Positions 36,545 through 45,861 of a stretch of 64,000 nt of DNA are shown piece after piece. The stretch lies in the NCBI GenBank assembly GCA_964436855.1, contig CAYTED010000006.1:19681-83680 (forward strand), given 5' to 3'. Position 1 is the stretch's first letter, and each line of letters starts with the position of its first letter. The translations under genes and the position numbers were made by a program. Origin of the DNA: an uncultured Bdellovibrionales bacterium. GTDB lineage: Bacteria > Patescibacteriota > Minisyncoccia > Moranbacterales > UBA1568. The notes below the pieces were generated by a model. The model saw only the letters and a list, made by a program, of their open reading frames with translations. It was not told the origin of the DNA and made no database searches.

Positions 36545-37114
36545 TCAGAATGTATAGAAATGAACGCTTGAAATGATCCGGTATTTTTTTTTGGGAATGG
36601 GAAGTGTAAGGATTGGCGGGATGGATTGTGGGAGGAGAAAGGTTGGTGTAATGACCAGAGCACCTTGTTTTAATTCGCGTTTGAATTTTTCGGAAAGTTG
36701 CGCAAGAGTTTTTGAGAAAAGATACGCATAAATCAAATCGGCTTTTTCGTAGGTTTCAAGGAAAATGTTTTTTCGGAGGATTTGTATGTTGTTGGGATTG
36801 CCGACCCGCCAGAGTTTGAAAATCGCGAGGAGATAGGGGAGGAGATTTTTTTCGATTCCGATATAGGTATTTTTTGGATATTTCCGGAAACACTCGATGA
36901 GAAATCTCGCATCTCCGCATCCGAGATCGTATATGATTGCGCCTTCTCGCGGAAAATTCGGATGATCGATAATCGCCTTTAGGGCTTCCTTTTCAACCGG
37001 AACGAATGGCGGTTCTCCCTGAAGCATTCGTACTTCTGTCAGGATGAGGGAGGAAATAAAAAAAATCGCAGCCACAAGAAAAAGAAGCTGAAGAAAAAGA
37101 AGAAAGAGAAACAT
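36545..37114 (-). CDS. membrane-anchored class I SAM-dependent methyltransferase
   Basis: N-terminal TM, then SAM motif I IYDLGCGDARFLIE and a post-I acidic residue (IGIEKN). Confidence 0.6.
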   Translation of the reverse strand: MFLFLLFLQLLFLVAAIFFISSLILTEVRMLQGEPPFVPVEKEALKAIIDHPNFPREGAIIYDLGCGDARFLIECFRKYPKNTYIGIEKNLLPYLLAIFKLWRVGNPNNIQILRKNIFLETYEKADLIYAYLFSKTLAQLSEKFKRELKQGALVITPTFLLPQSIPPILTLPIPKKKYRIISSVHFYTF

Positions 37115-37130
37115 CTTTGTTTTTTACCAG

Positions 37131-37201
37131 TCGGAGTGCCGGGAATCGAACCCGGGTTACACGCACCCGAAGCGTGCGTAATACCACTATACCACACTCC
37201 G
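37131..37201 (-). tRNA. tRNA-Pro (anticodon CGG), no encoded CCA
   Basis: Manual fold: acceptor CGGAGTG/CACTCCG, anticodon stem CACGC/GCGTG with loop TTCGGGT (CGG, U33, G37), T-arm CCGGG-TTCGATT-CCCGG, discriminator A. The D-stem has one mismatch. Confidence 0.65.
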
Positions 37202-37293
37202 ATTTTATGGATTTATGATGTATGATTTTTGATTGAAGAATAGATGCGGAAACATTCATTCATAAATCTTAAATCTAAAATCCCAAATCATTC

Positions 37294-38787
37294 TTATTCC
37301 ACCCAGTGTCGTTTTTTGATCTTCTCGTCATCTTCCCCACGCTTTTCCTCGATTTTTTCTTTGGCGAGTTCCCGCAATTCCTCGAGGTCTCGGTCCAAAA
37401 GTTCTTCGCTTCGGGCAAGCAAAGCAGGTTTGGAATTTCGAGCGGGGTCTTCGATCACTTCCGCGAGGAGCACATCGAGAATAGCGCCGATTTTCGGTCC
37501 GGCCGGAATCTTGAGAGATTCCATAAGATCCGTTCCTTTGATCGCAAGCATTTTGACCGAAATCGGATCTTTCGAAACCTTCTCGATCATATATTCGAGG
37601 TGACGAAGTTTGTAGGGTTTCGCCTTCGGCGTCCCGGATCCGAGTCGGTCGCCGATTCGGACATCCATCAGATCCTTCATATTTTCGATGCCGACCTTTC
37701 GAATAAGTCGCCGTACCGAGGCTTCGGACACCTCTCCTACATTATAGTAAAATAGGTGATTGTCAACGAGGAGGGTTGATTTCTCGACAATCTCCCTTGG
37801 AAAACGGAGTCGTGTGAGGATGGCGCGGGTCATTCGCGCGCCAACGTGATCGTGATTGTAAAATGTTGAACGATACCCGTTTCCGCGCTTGGTTCGAGGT
37901 TTGGCAACGTCGTGAAGGAGGGCGGCAAGGCGCACTTCGAGTTTTTTTGACGGGCAGGTTTCGAGCGCGCGGAGATTGTGTTCCCAAACGGTGTAGATGT
38001 GATGGAGGTTTTGTCCAACACCGATACCTTCCTCGAGTTCGGGAAGAATGTGTTTTAAGAGCCCCGTTTTTTCGAGGAGATCGATGCCGAGCGAGGGACT
38101 TTCGGAGAGAATAATTTTCGCGAGCTCGTCGCGCACTCGTTCGGTTGAAATGTGCGTGATGTTTCCGGAAAGTTTTTTGATGGCGTCGAGCGTTGCGGAG
38201 TCGATCGCCCAATCATTTTTTTTCTGCTTTGGGTTTGAGAGTTCAGCATAAAAGCGAATCGCTCGCATCAAACGGAGAGCGTCTTCGGAAAATCGCTCTT
38301 CGGGAATGCCGACGGTTCGAATGATTTTTTGTTTTAAGTCTTGCTGTCCGTTAAAAGGATCGATAGTATGCCAGGAATCGCCTGCATCTTTTCCGAGGGC
38401 GATCGCGTTTACGGTAAAATCGCGTCGCGCGAGATCTTCTTCGAGCGATTGAGTGAACAAAACTTCTTTCGGTCGGCGTTTGTCGGTGTATTCGGATTCG
38501 ATACGGTATGTCGTTACTTCGATGACATCGTGTTCTCGATCTTCCGGTGTCCCGGGATGGAAACGAGGGACTTTTACTCCGACGGTTCCAAAATCGTTTT
38601 CATAAAAGCTCTCCGGAAAAATTTTCGTCACGTCTTCCGGCTTCGCGTTTGTCGTCACGTCCCAGTCTTTCGGCGTGCGATCAAGCAAGAGATCGCGTAC
38701 GCATCCACCCACGATATATGCTTCAAACCCCGCCTCTTTCAGGCGCTCGCAGATGTCGAGAACGGGTTGTGGAATCTCGTATTTCAT
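37294..38787 (-). CDS. cca: CCA-adding enzyme / tRNA nucleotidyltransferase with HD domain
   Basis: Pol-beta NTase head (FEAYIVGGCVRDLLLDRTPKDWD), an HD domain (ALLHDVAKP), 497 aa. Confidence 0.85.
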   Translation of the reverse strand: MKYEIPQPVLDICERLKEAGFEAYIVGGCVRDLLLDRTPKDWDVTTNAKPEDVTKIFPESFYENDFGTVGVKVPRFHPGTPEDREHDVIEVTTYRIESEYTDKRRPKEVLFTQSLEEDLARRDFTVNAIALGKDAGDSWHTIDPFNGQQDLKQKIIRTVGIPEERFSEDALRLMRAIRFYAELSNPKQKKNDWAIDSATLDAIKKLSGNITHISTERVRDELAKIILSESPSLGIDLLEKTGLLKHILPELEEGIGVGQNLHHIYTVWEHNLRALETCPSKKLEVRLAALLHDVAKPRTKRGNGYRSTFYNHDHVGARMTRAILTRLRFPREIVEKSTLLVDNHLFYYNVGEVSEASVRRLIRKVGIENMKDLMDVRIGDRLGSGTPKAKPYKLRHLEYMIEKVSKDPISVKMLAIKGTDLMESLKIPAGPKIGAILDVLLAEVIEDPARNSKPALLARSEELLDRDLEELRELAKEKIEEKRGEDDEKIKKRHWVE

Positions 38788-38866
38788 AAAGGAACTCTAG
38801 CAGCCTTTCCTTGCCCTGCCAATACTTTGCGTTCTTCCTCAAATGTTTCTTGTGCCACTTTTTGTT

Positions 38867-38903
38867 TGTACACAAAAGTAAGCGGTCGTGGAGAATTGTG
38901 TAC
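38867..38903. repeat. 37-bp palindromic element, copy 1 (GTACACAA-N19-TTGTGTAC)
   Basis: tgtacacaaaagtaagcggtcgtggagaattgtgtac is identical at 41408-41444. Confidence 0.75.
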
Positions 38904-38998
38904 AGATATTCTTTTCGGATAACCTTTTTTTTGACAGGAAATGTCGGGGGTGGTAATCTAGAGATAGTTTTTATTGGTGTAAATTCGTAAGCGTTTTT

Positions 38999-39619
38999 AT
39001 GTATCAATTAAGCAATGGAGTGAAAATCCTCTTTGGTATTGCTGGTGTTATTGTTGTCGCTGGTGTAGCGTATTTCTTGGTATTTAAAAAGGATGTTCCT
39101 GTTGAAAATTCGAAAAGTGATGATAAGAGTGCTCAGGTCGAACAAAAGACGATTCTCAAAAATGAGACGACAACAGAGACAAGTGCCTTCAAGACTTACG
39201 AAAGCAAAACGGGAAAGTTTTCCGTCGAGTATCCCAAGGAATTTCTGATACGGGAATATGCCGGAGAATATGAATATCTGGGAAATATTTTGAACGTCGC
39301 CATCGGAAAAAATGTCGCTGATGAGAAAAAATCTTTGACGAGCGATATTTTTATCAGCGTTTTTGATCGGTATGCTCCGGAGGATCCTCTTGCGATGCCG
39401 AATGGTATGGATCCGAAAGGAAGTATCGATATGATGATCGGCGGAGCAAAGGCGAAGAAATATATTGATAGGAAGGCATCCGATGAGAATGGTTTCGGGG
39501 GTTATGTTGTCGTGAATAGTGCAACGGGTTTCCGGTACGAAATCACGTTCGACGCTGGCGATGCGGAAACTTTGCAGGCCTTTGATGTAATAGCGCGAAG
39601 TTTTCGGTTTATTGAATAA
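38999..39619 (+). CDS. secreted/membrane-anchored hypothetical protein
   Basis: 206 aa with an N-terminal signal anchor (ILFGIAGVIVVAGVAYFLVF). Confidence 0.5.
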   Translation: MYQLSNGVKILFGIAGVIVVAGVAYFLVFKKDVPVENSKSDDKSAQVEQKTILKNETTTETSAFKTYESKTGKFSVEYPKEFLIREYAGEYEYLGNILNVAIGKNVADEKKSLTSDIFISVFDRYAPEDPLAMPNGMDPKGSIDMMIGGAKAKKYIDRKASDENGFGGYVVVNSATGFRYEITFDAGDAETLQAFDVIARSFRFIE

Positions 39620-39640
39620 TAATCTCTATTACTGGAACAT

Positions 39641-40282
39641 ATGAGTATTGAATCATCACCACCTATTTCTCAAGAACGCGAAGATTTTGAAAAGAATGAA
39701 AAGAGACTGAAGGAAATCAAGCAAACTCCGATCGGAGATATGTCTTTCGAGGAGCTTCAAAAACTCGTGGATGAACGGAGTCGGTTGGAAAATATGCTCC
39801 AAGGGATGATTCGTCAGGCGCAAACTGAAGCGGTAGCTGAAAATGAAATCCGTATTGCGTACGATGAGGCGGTAAAGGAAAACAAATTGCGCGAAAGTGA
39901 ACTCAAGCGAGCCGATAAATTAGCGCAACACATTAAAAAAGGAAACGTTGAAGTGAATGGAGATGAAATTGAAGATGCTGATTCTCACGATGAAAGTCTC
40001 GAATGGAAGGATTTTCAATCGAGTCTTGAAACGGTTGCCGAGGCGCTGAAAGGAGAGATATCTCGAGAATCTCTCGAGAAACTTTTCGGAATGCAAAAAT
40101 TGAAATACAAGGGCGTGGAAGAACAAAGAGAGGCGATCCGGAAGTCGATACGAGCGATGAAAACATTTCTTTCCGATTCGGAGCACACGGCGGCGAAGCT
40201 CCACGAAATAGTTGATCGAATGAATCTTACGGCGAATCCGGTAGACCATTTCTCGTTTCGCGATGAAAACCTCAATCCATAA
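39641..40282 (+). CDS. hypothetical coiled-coil protein
   Basis: 213-aa charged ORF; no recognisable domain. Confidence 0.45.
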   Translation: MSIESSPPISQEREDFEKNEKRLKEIKQTPIGDMSFEELQKLVDERSRLENMLQGMIRQAQTEAVAENEIRIAYDEAVKENKLRESELKRADKLAQHIKKGNVEVNGDEIEDADSHDESLEWKDFQSSLETVAEALKGEISRESLEKLFGMQKLKYKGVEEQREAIRKSIRAMKTFLSDSEHTAAKLHEIVDRMNLTANPVDHFSFRDENLNP

Positions 40283-40302
40283 TTCATTTTTGAAAAAAAC
40301 AT

Positions 40303-41229
40303 ATGATGGGCGAAATGGCACCAAAAGCATCCGGGGGACGGGAGGAATATGCGAAAAACGAAGCGCGTTTGAATGATGTGAACGCAGAGATCGCGAAACT
40401 TTTAGCTGAAAAGCAAGCGCTTGAAAGTAAGCAGGAAGCATCGGTGAGTGAGGCGCAGAGCGAAGCGACGGCCGAGAATCGTTTGCGCGATGATTTTGAA
40501 GCGGCAAAAGTTGAGAATCAAGCCTTCGACGAAGCGAAGGCTCGCGAGGCGGAGGAAAAGGCAGCGGCTGAAGCGGCGGCGCGTGAAAAGAAAAAAGCGG
40601 AAGATGTTACCAAGCAAGCCGAAGATGCCGAAAAAGCAGCAAAGCTCGCGGAGCAGATAAAAGGCGGTCAAATGGGCATAGAAAATGAAAATCAATCAAG
40701 TAACACCGAGTTAAATCAAGAAGGTGCTGGCATCGAGAATGAATCGCTTTCTCCGGTATTGCAGAAGTATTCCACTCCGATTGAAAAAACATTTTCCGAA
40801 TATCAGGCACTCATCGCGCAGGCGGAAAAATTGCGAGCCGAAGGAAAAGAACGGGAGGCTATTGATGTTGAAATTCAGGCCAACCGAACATCTGCTCGAA
40901 TTCTCAATGGTGGAGGCGACACGTTCGATGATTCGTTTTTGGAGTATCCGAAAAGAAATAGAAGCGAGTCTTATGAACAATGGAGAAAACAAGTGGATGC
41001 CGTAGGTAAGGAATACTATCGTGCCCTAGCAGACTCGCCACAAATGATATTGAGATTGGCGCGGGAAACGGGGAGGTTGGACTTCGAAAACATTTCCGGA
41101 CGATTATTACGAGATAAACAATTTATCAGCGTTCTTGCGCAAACAGAGGCTGCCAAGAAAGATGCGAAATTTCAGGTTGCGCTTCGTGATAACTTGTTTG
41201 GTCAATACGCAGCACGAGCAAGGTACTAA
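40303..41229 (+). CDS. hypothetical coiled-coil protein (Ala/Glu/Lys-rich)
   Basis: 308-aa ORF related in composition and N-terminal pattern (EEYAKNEARLNDV vs EDFEKNEKRLKEI) to the preceding ORF. Confidence 0.45.
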   Translation: MMGEMAPKASGGREEYAKNEARLNDVNAEIAKLLAEKQALESKQEASVSEAQSEATAENRLRDDFEAAKVENQAFDEAKAREAEEKAAAEAAAREKKKAEDVTKQAEDAEKAAKLAEQIKGGQMGIENENQSSNTELNQEGAGIENESLSPVLQKYSTPIEKTFSEYQALIAQAEKLRAEGKEREAIDVEIQANRTSARILNGGGDTFDDSFLEYPKRNRSESYEQWRKQVDAVGKEYYRALADSPQMILRLARETGRLDFENISGRLLRDKQFISVLAQTEAAKKDAKFQVALRDNLFGQYAARARY

Positions 41230-41248
41230 AAGGGAAGCTTTTATCTCA

Positions 41249-41279
41249 ACAAAAACAGCGGTTCAACCGCTGTTTTTGT
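41249..41279 (+). terminator. rho-independent terminator
   Basis: aaaaacagcgg-ttcaa-ccgctgttttt. Confidence 0.7.
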
Positions 41280-41407
41280 GTTGAAAATTTCTGAAAAATC
41301 TACAAATTACTCTCTCTTTTCTTCTTCAAACCATATCAATACATGACGGCCGTCACAAGTTGACACGTTTTTTTGGAGGAAAAAGTAAGGAAAGATCTCG
41401 CATTCAT

Positions 41408-41444
41408 TGTACACAAAAGTAAGCGGTCGTGGAGAATTGTGTAC
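41408..41444. repeat. 37-bp palindromic element, copy 2
   Basis: Identical to 38867-38903. Followed ~25 bp downstream by the strong terminator aaaaaacagccccgacgcacatcggggctgttttt (41468-41505). Confidence 0.75.
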
Positions 41445-41646
41445 GATCTGGTTTGGTATGGGTGGTGTAAAAAACAGCCCCGACGCACATCGGGGCTGTT
41501 TTTGTGTCGCGTATTGATTTTATCCGTACTTTATTACCAAACGAAGCGAGCGAAACGAAAGTCCGACTTTCGTTTCCGAGCGAGCGTCGGGTCAATACCC
41601 CGCGGCTTACCCCGCGGTGTAATACCCGTTATTTTACTTGTGGAAA

Positions 41647-41812
41647 CTGGATTCCCGCCTTCGCGGGAATGACAAACTTCCTCGAGAGCCTGCCGGCAGG
41701 CAGGCTCGACAAGCTCGGAGTGACAAATTCAATTACAGCGTTCGTTTCTTTGTCTCTTCCTTGAAACAGAGGAGGATGTCGCCGACTTGGATTTTGATGC
41801 CGCTCTCGAAAG
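41647..41812 (+). pseudogene. duplicated fragment of the infB 3' end and downstream hairpin (target-site-like duplication)
   Basis: ctggattcccgccttcgcgggaatgacaaac...attacagcgttcgtttctttgtctcttccttgaaacagaggaggatgtcgccgacttggattttga is ~85% identical to 42726-42838 (the infB stop region), with a 50-bp palindromic insert. Confidence 0.6.
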
Positions 41813-41852
41813 AGAAGTTGCTTTTGTGTGCGATTTTTGGTAGTGTTCGGAT

Positions 41853-42245
41853 ATGAATGAACGAGAAAACAATCAAGTGAAAGCGATATGCGAGCGGCAT
41901 CCGGAAGTGGGGGTGGTGTATCTGTTCGGATCACGCGCCACGGGGACTGCGGGACCAATGAGCGATTATGATTTTGCGGTGTATGCCGATCTCTCCGATC
42001 GAGGATCACTTGCCCAACTGGAGCTTGAATTACGCGGAGAGCTGTCGCAAGCATTGAATACGGATATGATCGATCTCGTGATGCTCAATACCGCGCAGTC
42101 GCCGGAATTGAAATACGCCATCCTTCGGGAAGGGGTAGTTCTTTTTGAACGCGAATCGTTTCGGGTGCGCATCGAGCCGAATATCCTGAATGAGTATTTC
42201 GATTTTCGAGATATGTTGCGCCGATATAAGCTCACTTCAGCGTAG
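41853..42245 (+). CDS. nucleotidyltransferase (MNT-type antitoxin-like, Pol-beta superfamily)
   Basis: GSRATGTAGPMSDYDFAV (G-S-x9-13-D-x-D motif), 130 aa, directly followed by a HEPN gene. Confidence 0.8.
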   Translation: MNERENNQVKAICERHPEVGVVYLFGSRATGTAGPMSDYDFAVYADLSDRGSLAQLELELRGELSQALNTDMIDLVMLNTAQSPELKYAILREGVVLFERESFRVRIEPNILNEYFDFRDMLRRYKLTSA

Positions 42246-42685
42246 TGTGTATGAGTACGATTTCCGTTATCGAAAACAAGATCAGTTCCGTGAAAAAATA
42301 CCTTGCAATTCTCGAGGATTTCAAGAAATATTCCCGCGAAGAGATTTTTGGAGATGTAACTCGGAGCGGAGCCTTTGAGCGGTATCTCTACTTGGTCACG
42401 CAGGCATCAATTGAGGTTGGTGAGAGCTATATTGCTTATCGAAATTTTCGCAAACCGACGACCCTTCGTGAAGTGTTCGGTATTCTTTTTGAGAATGGGA
42501 TTATCGGGAACGATTTGTCAGCCAAGCTTTCGATATGACCGGGTTTCGCAATGCGCTCGCGCATGATTATGAGGAGCTTGATCCGGAAAAACTGTACGGC
42601 GTGCTTCATCATCACCTCGGAGATATCGCAACTTTCATCTCGGTGATAGAAGAGAAAATAAAGAATGGAGAAGCGGGTAACTGAT
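42245..42685 (+). pseudogene. HepT/DUF86 HEPN-family toxin gene interrupted by a frameshift
   Basis: Frame A 42245-42538 ends ...GNDLSAKLSI*. The HEPN motif MTGFRNALAHDY(EELD) continues in the other frame to 42685. A 1-nt indel near 42525-42535 would restore a ~145-aa DUF86 protein. Confidence 0.6.
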
Positions 42686-42696
42686 TGTGAGCCTAC

Positions 42697-42727
42697 AAAA
42701 AACAGCGGAGAGACCGCTGTTTTTTCT
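42697..42727. terminator. bidirectional rho-independent terminator
   Basis: aaaaaacagcgg-agaga-ccgctgttttttct between hepT (+) and infB (-). Confidence 0.7.
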
Positions 42728-42760
42728 GGATCCCCGCCTTCGCGGGGATGACAAACCAAA

Positions 42761-44542
42761 TTACAGTGTTCGTTTCTTCGTTTCTTCCTTGAAACAGATA
42801 AGAGTGTCGCCGACTTGGATTTTGACGGGACCTTCGAAGACGACACCGCACTCGTTCCCTTGACCGACTTCATCGGCGTTTTCTTTGTTGCGTTGGAGAT
42901 TCTGCATTTTTCCGAGACCGATAATTTCGTCGCCGCGTTTCACCTCGAGTTGCGAGCCGCGGAGCATTTTCCCCTCCGAGACGCGACCACCGACGATCAT
43001 ATCTTTTTTCCCGGTCTTAAAGATCGCGAGAACCGAGAGACGGCCGGAATCGGTGCGAATCACTTCGGGCGGGAGGAGGTCGGACATTTTTTCTTTTACT
43101 CGTTCGACGAGTTTGTAAATGATATTGAACGTTTCAATCTCAACCTTCATTGTTTCGGCAAGCCGCGCGGCGACGGAGGTCGGATCGGCATTGAAACCGA
43201 AAATTTTCGCGCCGGAGGTTGCCGCCATTTTCACATCAGATTCGGTAATGGCGCCGACGCCGGAACTGATTTCCTGCAGCGCGATTTCATCCGATTGGAT
43301 GGTTGCAAGAATTTGCTCGATTGCTTCGAGCGATCCTTGCACATCGGCCTTGAGGACAACCGGAAATTTTTTGATATCGGCATTGTCATTCAAACTTTTT
43401 ACGCCTTTTCCTTCGCCTTCTTTCAGGAGCGCTTCCTGCGAGCGGAGGCGGGCGAGTGATTTCCCGCTTACGACTTGGACGACGCTGTTCACTTGCGGCG
43501 CGGCGTCGAATCCATAGAGAACGACCGGGGTTGATGGTCCGGCGTGTTCGAGGTTTTTTCCATTGAAATCTTCGATACGGCGAAGACGACCGAAGTTTTT
43601 TCCGGCGATCACGTCTTGACCGACTTTCAGTGTGCCGGTTTTCACCACACCGGTTGCGACCGGGCCTTTTTGCGGATCGAGATGCGATTCGAGAATAATC
43701 GCGAACCCGTCGCGTTTTGCGTCGGCCTTGAATTCTTCCACCTCGTCCAAAAGAAGGATGCTTTCGAGGAGTTTGTCGATTCCGATATTTTGCTTGGCAC
43801 TCACTTCATTGCAAAGGACGGTTCCACCCCACTCTTCGACGAGAATATTCTGTTCGGCGAGTTCTTGTTTCACGCGCTGTACATTTGCTTCCGGCTTGTC
43901 GACCTTGTTGATGGCGACGATTGTTGGAATTTTTTTCTCGAGGAGGTAGGAAATGACTTCTTTGGTTTGCGGGCGAACGCCGTCGTCCGCAGCAACGACG
44001 AGAATCGCTATATCGGCAATCGAAACACCGCGCTCACGCATGCCGGAAAACGCTTCGTGTCCCGGGGTGTCGATAAAGGTGATGAGTTTTCCGCGCTTTT
44101 TGACCTGATAGGCGCTGATTTTCTGGGTGATTCCACCCGCTTCTCCTGCGGCGACATTTGCTTTTCGAATGGTATCGAGAAGGGTGGTTTTTCCGTGGTC
44201 GACGTGCCCGAGAATCGTAACAATCGGGGGACGTTCGGCGAGATTTTGACCGGTTTTTTTCTCCTCTTCGCAGAGCGCAACGAGTCTCTCGAGGGTCATT
44301 TCACCGCTCGTTTCTTCTTCCGCCGGTTTTGGTTCGAAACCGAGATCCATCGCGATAACACTTGCGGTTTCGTAGTCGATTTCCTCGTTGATTGTCGCGA
44401 GAATTTTGTTTTTCATTAGCTCCGTGATAACCGCCGGAACGGGCAAATTCAAAATTTCCGCAAACCGTTTGACGGTGATCGTTTGCGGAAGGGAAACAGC
44501 TTTCGGTGTTGTGGCTTGAGATTGTTCCATAGAAAAAATCAA
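42761..44542 (-). CDS. infB: translation initiation factor IF-2 (short form)
   Basis: G-domain motifs [20 protein letters not shown] and NKVD, with the C-terminal IF-2 domain. At 593 aa it lacks the long N-terminal extension. Confidence 0.9.
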   Translation of the reverse strand: MIFSMEQSQATTPKAVSLPQTITVKRFAEILNLPVPAVITELMKNKILATINEEIDYETASVIAMDLGFEPKPAEEETSGEMTLERLVALCEEEKKTGQNLAERPPIVTILGHVDHGKTTLLDTIRKANVAAGEAGGITQKISAYQVKKRGKLITFIDTPGHEAFSGMRERGVSIADIAILVVAADDGVRPQTKEVISYLLEKKIPTIVAINKVDKPEANVQRVKQELAEQNILVEEWGGTVLCNEVSAKQNIGIDKLLESILLLDEVEEFKADAKRDGFAIILESHLDPQKGPVATGVVKTGTLKVGQDVIAGKNFGRLRRIEDFNGKNLEHAGPSTPVVLYGFDAAPQVNSVVQVVSGKSLARLRSQEALLKEGEGKGVKSLNDNADIKKFPVVLKADVQGSLEAIEQILATIQSDEIALQEISSGVGAITESDVKMAATSGAKIFGFNADPTSVAARLAETMKVEIETFNIIYKLVERVKEKMSDLLPPEVIRTDSGRLSVLAIFKTGKKDMIVGGRVSEGKMLRGSQLEVKRGDEIIGLGKMQNLQRNKENADEVGQGNECGVVFEGPVKIQVGDTLICFKEETKKRTL

Positions 44543-44543
44543 A

Positions 44544-45092
44544 TCATTTCTTTTCAGCAGTCATTTCTTCTTTTTTCGCCGAAGCAAGGACGATTGCTTC
44601 GCGCTCTTCTTCGGTAAACGGGAAGCCGTCTTCTTTGCCCTCGATGACGGGTTTTGCGTAAATCCGCGCTCCTTCTCGCGTATGAAGCGACGAGAGTACG
44701 GTTCCCGAGTTTTTTCCATCAAGGAGAGCGAGCGAGAAACTTTGGTTGCTTCCAACTTCTTTGAATGGATTGAATCGAACGAGCTCGGTTTTATGGATAC
44801 CCTGATTGGCAAGTCCGTAAATCCGATTCGATATTTCGAACAATTCCTGAATCTCTTTATCGATACTCTTGAGCGTTTCGGAATGATTCTCTAAAACTTT
44901 CTCGAGATTGGCGCCGTTTTTTCCTCGGAGAAACAGATTCAATTTTTTCTCGTATGAAGTATTTTTCTTCCAGAGAAAGAAAACAAGCCCGAGGAGAACG
45001 ATATGCACGCCGAATGCGATGGAAAAAAGCATCCATTCCGCAAATGAAATGTCGGAAAAGGTTGAAAAATTCATAGCGCTTCTCGGAATCAT
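44544..45092 (-). CDS. DUF4446-like membrane protein
   Basis: N-terminal TM and ...RFNPFKEVGSNQSFSLALLDGKNSGTVLSSLHTREGARIYAKPV... resembling DUF4446 (from memory). Its stop is adjacent to the infB start. Confidence 0.45.
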   Translation of the reverse strand: MIPRSAMNFSTFSDISFAEWMLFSIAFGVHIVLLGLVFFLWKKNTSYEKKLNLFLRGKNGANLEKVLENHSETLKSIDKEIQELFEISNRIYGLANQGIHKTELVRFNPFKEVGSNQSFSLALLDGKNSGTVLSSLHTREGARIYAKPVIEGKEDGFPFTEEEREAIVLASAKKEEMTAEKK

Positions 45093-45156
45093 CCAGTATC
45101 GAAACTTTCCGCAGAATACACCGAATTTTGTCTTTTGTAAAGGGTTTTTTAATTTG

Positions 45157-45243
45157 CGGAAAGGGAGAGATTCGAACTCTCGATACCCTTTCGGGTATGC
45201 CGCTTTTCGAGAGCGGTGCCTTCAACCACTCGGCCACCTTTCC
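45157..45243 (-). tRNA. tRNA-Ser (anticodon CGA), no encoded CCA
   Basis: Manual fold: acceptor GGAAAGG/CCTTTCC, D-arm GCCGAGTGGTTGAAGGC, anticodon stem CCGCT/AGCGG with loop CTCGAAA, long variable hairpin, T-arm GAGAG-TTCGAAT-CTCTC, discriminator G. Confidence 0.8.
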
Positions 45244-45318
45244 ATATATCGCGCGTGCATTTCAAAAAAGCACTTCCTTGTTGTACAATAAATACAGTAT
45301 AAAGGCAAACACAATACT

Positions 45319-45861
45319 ATGCAGAACGGAATGTCGTTTGTGGATCCGGCGTCGGTGATTCGTGCGCTCAAGCTCGAGGCAGGGAAGGTCGTGGCGGATT
45401 TTGGGTGCGGTGCGGGGTATTTTACTTTCGAGGCGGCAAAGGCGGTAAAAGATGAGGGAAAGGTTTATGCGCTCGATATTTTACAGCCCGCACTTGAGTC
45501 GGTGTCGAGTCGGGGAAAAATTCTCGGATTGAAGAATATCGAACCGAAGCGCGTGAATTTGGAAAAAGTCGGCGGATCGGGACTTTCTCCGGAAAGTATC
45601 GATTGGGTGATTTTGAAGGATATGCTCTTCCAAAACAAGGGGAAGGAAGTGATCTTGCAAGAGGTGTTTCGCGTGCTTCGCCCGGGAGGAAAAGCGCTTG
45701 TTATGGAGTGGGTTCCCGATGATTCTGCGGTCGGTCCGGAAGAGGGGATACGTATTTCCGAAGACGAAGCGAAGAAACTTGCGCAGTCAATGGGATTTTC
45801 CGTCATTTCGGGCGTTCCATCGGGGGATTTTCATTATTCGTTCATTATTGAAAAGAAATGA
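45319..45861 (+). CDS. class I SAM-dependent methyltransferase
   Basis: Motif I VADFGCGAGYFT, a post-I acidic residue (YALDI) and motif II-like VDWVILKDM, 180 aa. Confidence 0.75.
   Translation: MQNGMSFVDPASVIRALKLEAGKVVADFGCGAGYFTFEAAKAVKDEGKVYALDILQPALESVSSRGKILGLKNIEPKRVNLEKVGGSGLSPESIDWVILKDMLFQNKGKEVILQEVFRVLRPGGKALVMEWVPDDSAVGPEEGIRISEDEAKKLAQSMGFSVISGVPSGDFHYSFIIEKK

Noticed and set aside
42815-44419. Several + strand ORFs (214, 132, 291 aa) inside infB
   Set aside because: They are antisense to a confidently identified IF-2 gene with intact G-domain motifs, so are spurious.
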